A stretch of 7,476 bases of DNA, from assembly GCA_030668875.1 (NCBI GenBank), contig DAOVER010000092.1, forward strand, positions 1 to 7,476, read 5' to 3'. This document shows, piece after piece, positions 6,703 through 7,476 of this stretch; within the stretch, counting starts at the first letter, position 1; each line of letters starts with the position of its first letter. A program made the position numbers and the translations under genes. Source of the stretch: Candidatus Heimdallarchaeota archaeon (GTDB taxonomy: Archaea > Asgardarchaeota > Heimdallarchaeia > Heimdallarchaeales > Heimdallarchaeaceae). The notes below the pieces were generated by a model, which ran no database searches, had not been told where the DNA came from, and saw only the letters and a program-made list of their open reading frames with translations.

Positions 6703-7379
6703 ATGTTAATCAAGAAGAGAAAAAGTGTAGTAATGTTTGGATTTTTGTTATCTTTGTTCATATTTGGAGCAATTTCTGCATCAATAGTTTCAAATGCAGC
6801 CCAAAACGATATAGAAGAAACATATTCTGAACTTAATGAAGATTTGATAGATCATCCCCCAATAATAATAGCAAAAGATGCGGATTTTAGCTTATACAGT
6901 TTTCCTGGTTCTGGAACTCCAGCAGATCCTTATCTTATAGAGAATTATAATATAACTGGTCATCCAATTGGCATATCTATAGAAGGAAATGGATCAGTTC
7001 CTTTAACTATAAATTTCATTATAAGAAATTGCTTCATTCAAGCAGTGATACATGTATCAAAGTAGGTTATATGGGTCCTACTGCAGTAACAATAGATAAT
7101 TGCACTTGCGTAAATACATTTGCTGGCGACGGAACAGGGATTTATGTAATAGGTTGTGATGCACTGACGATAATCAACTGTAACTGCTATAATCATATTC
7201 ATACTGGAATTAGAACAGAATTTTGTGGAGGATTATGGTTAGAAAATAATACTTGCTACAACAATGCTGATGAAGGAATGTTCATAGACAATGCTTCTGA
7301 TAATGGAATGTTTAAGAGAAACTATTGTTATGGCAACGCACGTTATGAAACTTGGTTAAACTTGCCAAAGGCGGTCTAA
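6703..7379 (+). pseudogene. Secreted right-handed parallel beta-helix (NosD/CASH-like) surface protein, frameshifted near 7036-7045 and apparently truncated near 7340
   Basis: Signal peptide KKRKSVVMFGFLLSLFIFGAISASIV, then HPPIII..DADF...FPGSGTPADPYLIENYNI, an N-terminal cap common in archaeal beta-helix surface proteins. The coils (TIDNCTCVN, GIYVIGCDALTIINCNCYNHIHTGIRTE, LENNTCYNNADEGMFID) continue in the -1 frame (ORF 7029-7379). Confidence 0.75.
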
Positions 7380-7476
7380 CCGTCGTTTAAGTGGGTCCCC
7401 TCACGTGCGTTGAGGGGAAGAATCATGAGGATCATGATTGGGGAAGGAAGGAAGGGAGTGCGCATTTACTCCACCA
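7331..7476. other. Unidentified GC-richer, hairpin-dense element (possible mobile-element end or structured RNA), running off the right edge
   Basis: 74 of 146 bases are G+C by hand count (about 51%), against roughly one third elsewhere. It contains four local hairpins and one 10-bp long-range inverted repeat. Confidence 0.45.

Noticed and set aside
7446-7460. GGAAGGGAG resembling SRP RNA helix 8
   Set aside because: The pairing 5' arm (CCAGGCCC-like) is missing.
7405-7462. GTGCG at 7405 and 7458 (and on the - strand at 7342-7338) as a group II intron 5' end
   Set aside because: No domain V/VI or other diagnostic intron motif is visible in the window, and the pentamers do not coincide with the apparent + strand junction.
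1-7476. CRISPR array, tRNA or rRNA
   Set aside because: No regularly spaced repeat-spacer series, cloverleaf or rRNA signature was seen.

Overview
AT-rich archaeal window, very likely from an Asgard archaeon. The evidence is a full-length eukaryote-like actin (Lokiactin-type, 2161-3297), GGTGA/GGAGG ribosome-binding sites, TATA-like promoters and oligo-T terminators. Gene order: partial APH/kinase-like gene (-, runs off the left edge; missed by the ORF track); YccF-family membrane protein (-); a divergent promoter with two copies of a 15-bp palindromic box; a 302-aa basic/coiled-coil protein with an N-terminus matching bZIP spacing (+), 35 bp upstream of actin (+); a convergent surface transglutaminase-like gene split by one in-frame TAG (-); two small Zn-ribbon genes and a 57-aa ORF; a TIGR00341/DUF389 membrane protein (+); and a NosD-like beta-helix surface gene that is frameshifted and ends where a GC-richer, hairpin-dense unidentified element begins. 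The best candidate for a new system is a possibly autoregulated 'bZIP-like regulator + actin' operon with its own operator pair. All family calls are by-eye motif recognition; no database searches were run.
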